Assembly (NCBI GenBank): GCA_040954595.2
Contig: CM082580.2
Coordinates: forward strand, 3,772,783 to 3,836,782
Reading direction: 5' to 3'
Source of the DNA: Balanoglossus misakiensis
Taxonomy: Eukaryota; Animalia; Hemichordata
DNA length: 64,000 bases
Position 1 is the stretch's first letter; each line of letters opens with the position of its first letter. Under the pieces are notes generated by a model. That model made no database searches, was not told the DNA's origin, and was given only the letters and a program-made list of their open reading frames with translations. Shown here piece after piece: positions 61,456 to 64,000 of this stretch. A program made the position numbers and the translations under genes.

Positions 61456-64000
61456 GTGTGTCTGCGCATCCTTCTGGAGTTGACATGCAGTAAATAAAGA
61501 AACACGCTGTGATGAAACAGTGTTTACGCGTAACTAACACAAACGTTACAATTTCTTGGGTGCTTCTTGATTTGGGCATCGATAGATTTGGGGATCATGA
61601 AATTCTGTACGTGTATAGCTACTGAACTTTCAGATTGCAATTTTATTGGACCCATCTTTCTGTCTTTTCATTCAGTGGTAACACATGGTTTCAGTAGTCG
61701 TTTGCCGCGACCCCTGGCAGTGTGTGATGCTTATAAACTTTGGCGATATGACTGGGAAGTTCCCAGGGATAAACACCAAGTACGTATATGATGAAATAAA
61801 TTATTATAACAAGTCTCGTTTCTGATTATGACCATGATAATTTATCGCTAAATGCGACGGAGGTTGCATCCTATATGTAAAACGTATTCTGTCCCAAGAA
61901 TTTTACTGGTCAAATATGCATACGTCTCAAGCACGGTCTCTCCACACACCGTGTCTCTAAATTCAAACTTCTCCATCTTGGTGAATAAAAATCTATTTTC
62001 ATCAGGTGTCGGTGGAAAGCTGTATCTAACAGATTCTGTCTATTGCAGGATTACGCCTGTCGTTACACGTTGCCGGACGGCAGAACATTTTCGTGTTTCA
62101 TCCCAGCAAAGTTTACCCGACCAAGATTTGCCTTCGCGTCGTGTGCTGGCTTGGAACTACAAGAGGAAATACGCGAATCCAAAGACAGCAACATCATGTG
62201 GCTTCATATGAGAAATACTCACGAAAGCAAACCAATCCATTTGCTTCTCATGGGCGGGAACCAGGTGTACGCAGATCCCATAGTTATTGAAATGTGCCGG
62301 GTAGGTACTCAGTATTTCTGAATGTGTTATCGTATTTTAGGATGAACTAGTGAATCAAATTAAATCGTTTGAAGATGTGACATACAAATGCGACGATGGG
62401 TCTGACACATTATCCACCATTCTGACATCTCCAGTGTACAAGAATATAATCTCATCAGTGTTGATAAAGCAACAACATATAAGGATGTCACGTTGTTCTT
62501 CTTTATTCAGGAACGTAAAAAGAAAGGATTGGACGAATCGCGAATCAGCGGCGTTTACGAAGAAGCTAGAAGTCGTTATTTTGAACTCTATGTGAGTCGG
62601 TGGCGTCAGCCTGAAATGGCGTTTATGCTGAGTAGGATCCCTACGATCATGATGTGTAAGTCACGTAGTCCCTGTACCCGACTGGTTGGTTTTTTGTCGC
62701 ATGTGATGTGTATACTGCAGTGTTGGTCGACATACAGTTATAATTATGTTCTAAATTTACCAAGTACTTTGTGGTTGTAGCCATTGGGGGTGGGGAGTCG
62801 CAAAAGGAAATCACTCCAGATCTTTGCTTTGTAGTTGAGTTACTGCAAAATCGTCTCCCCTGTCATATCGGTTCGCTTGGTGTTTGATGTTAGTGGTTGG
62901 TTGATTGATTGGTTGGTTGTTGTTTGCTGGTCGGTTGACTTGCTGGCTTGCTTGCTTGATTGCTTGCTTGCTTGATGATTACATTATGCTCATTCGTTTG
63001 TTTTTGTTTCGAAAAAACAGTCGACCAAATATCACCCATAAATTTATACTCTTTATTATTACATGCAGGGGATGACCATGACATTTTTGACAGTTGGGGA
63101 ACGGTAAGGGCGAGTCCTGTTTTGGAGGAGATTTATCGTGCAGCCAGGGAAATATTCATTTTGTTTCAACTCAAAGGTTTACGAAGGTCTTCGGCTACAG
63201 ATAACCAGTAAGTATCACGTCAAATCGATTTGCTATGCTTGACATCGGTTTGATATGTCTTGCATTGTTCTGCATAGTTACAGTTGCCATGGTATCAGAT
63301 TTCGCATGGTGGCGTCATTTTCTCTGCTCATTTGTGTAATAATGATGTATGATAGCGTGCCCGGGGTATAGCTCCGCCTCCAAAAGATTCGATGTTTTCA
63401 ATTAACAGAATTTCACATGAAATTTAAAGCTGTCCACAAATCACTGTATCTTCTCGTTCATTTTGTGGACCTTATTTACGATCCTCAAGCTGAGAGACGC
63501 GGCAGAGAGATCGACAACATCAAATGTACGTTAGGACATGCGCATAACCACCTGTTGATCGACAGAATGATCTCCTCCAATTGATAGCCATTAACGAATT
63601 CAAATAAATGTCGATAGGGTTGATAGAAAGTTTTGGCGCTGAAGATACCAACGGACGTAAATACTTATAACATAAATACGTAATCCTTGAACGAGGAAAT
63701 AAATTAGTCGCGCTGTCGTTCGGCAGATAAACTACGCGGCAGTCTGTTTTGAAGTTGACTGTGTGCATCAGTAAATATTAAAATAAAAGTGTTAGAGTTT
63801 TGTCACCGGCAGATAGTAATAAACCGTTCTAATTCGTTTCAATTGCATGGGTATCAACAATGTTTATTTTTATTTTCCAAAATAGAACGACAATAGGCAT
63901 AAGACCAAACCAAATCACATGGTTACATCCACCCAAAGTAGAATTAAGTGATGAATGCTACGATGCTGGGCCATTCTCATTCATACTGTCAATAGAGACA
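59270..64000 (+). CDS. PLAT-like domain plus PhoD-like metallophosphatase, paralog B (3' end outside window)
   Basis: Exons 59270-59389, 60023-60203, 60585-60748, 61150-61315, 61676-61779, 62049-62300, 62511-62655, 63069-63207 and 63886->64000. Exon sizes 164/104/252/145/139 are identical to paralog A. Motifs MGPVLGFRG, RFAFASCAG, HLLLMGGNQVYAD and PTIMMWDDHDIFDSWG. Confidence 0.85.

Noticed and set aside
49091-64000. Bacterial contamination explaining the PhoD-like genes
   Set aside because: The genes have many GT-AG introns with conserved phases, carry a host MITE shared with ACAA2 introns, and are contiguous with metazoan genes.

Overview
Intron-rich invertebrate metazoan genomic DNA (deuterostome-like; species not determinable from sequence), not prokaryotic. 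I reconstructed exon chains by hand from GT-AG boundaries and reading-frame continuity. Genes in order: a 5'-truncated F-box/LRR gene with a >3.6 kb exon (+); three head-to-head housekeeping pairs, ACAA2(-)/VHL(+), PLEKHF2(-)/RNASEK(+) and UBE2T(-)/MZT1(+); then two tandem paralogues encoding a PLAT/LH2-like domain fused to a bacterial-type PhoD (alkaline phosphatase D) metallophosphatase. The paralogues share intron positions and have altered metal ligands; they are the top finding. The VHL intron holds a 2.5 kb P-element-like transposon with remnants of two convergent spliced genes. Many non-autonomous DNA transposons are also present (Kolobok-, piggyBac-, AcademH-, Harbinger- and mariner-type), plus a SINE, microsatellites and local duplications. 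Family assignments rest on motif recognition, not on database searches.
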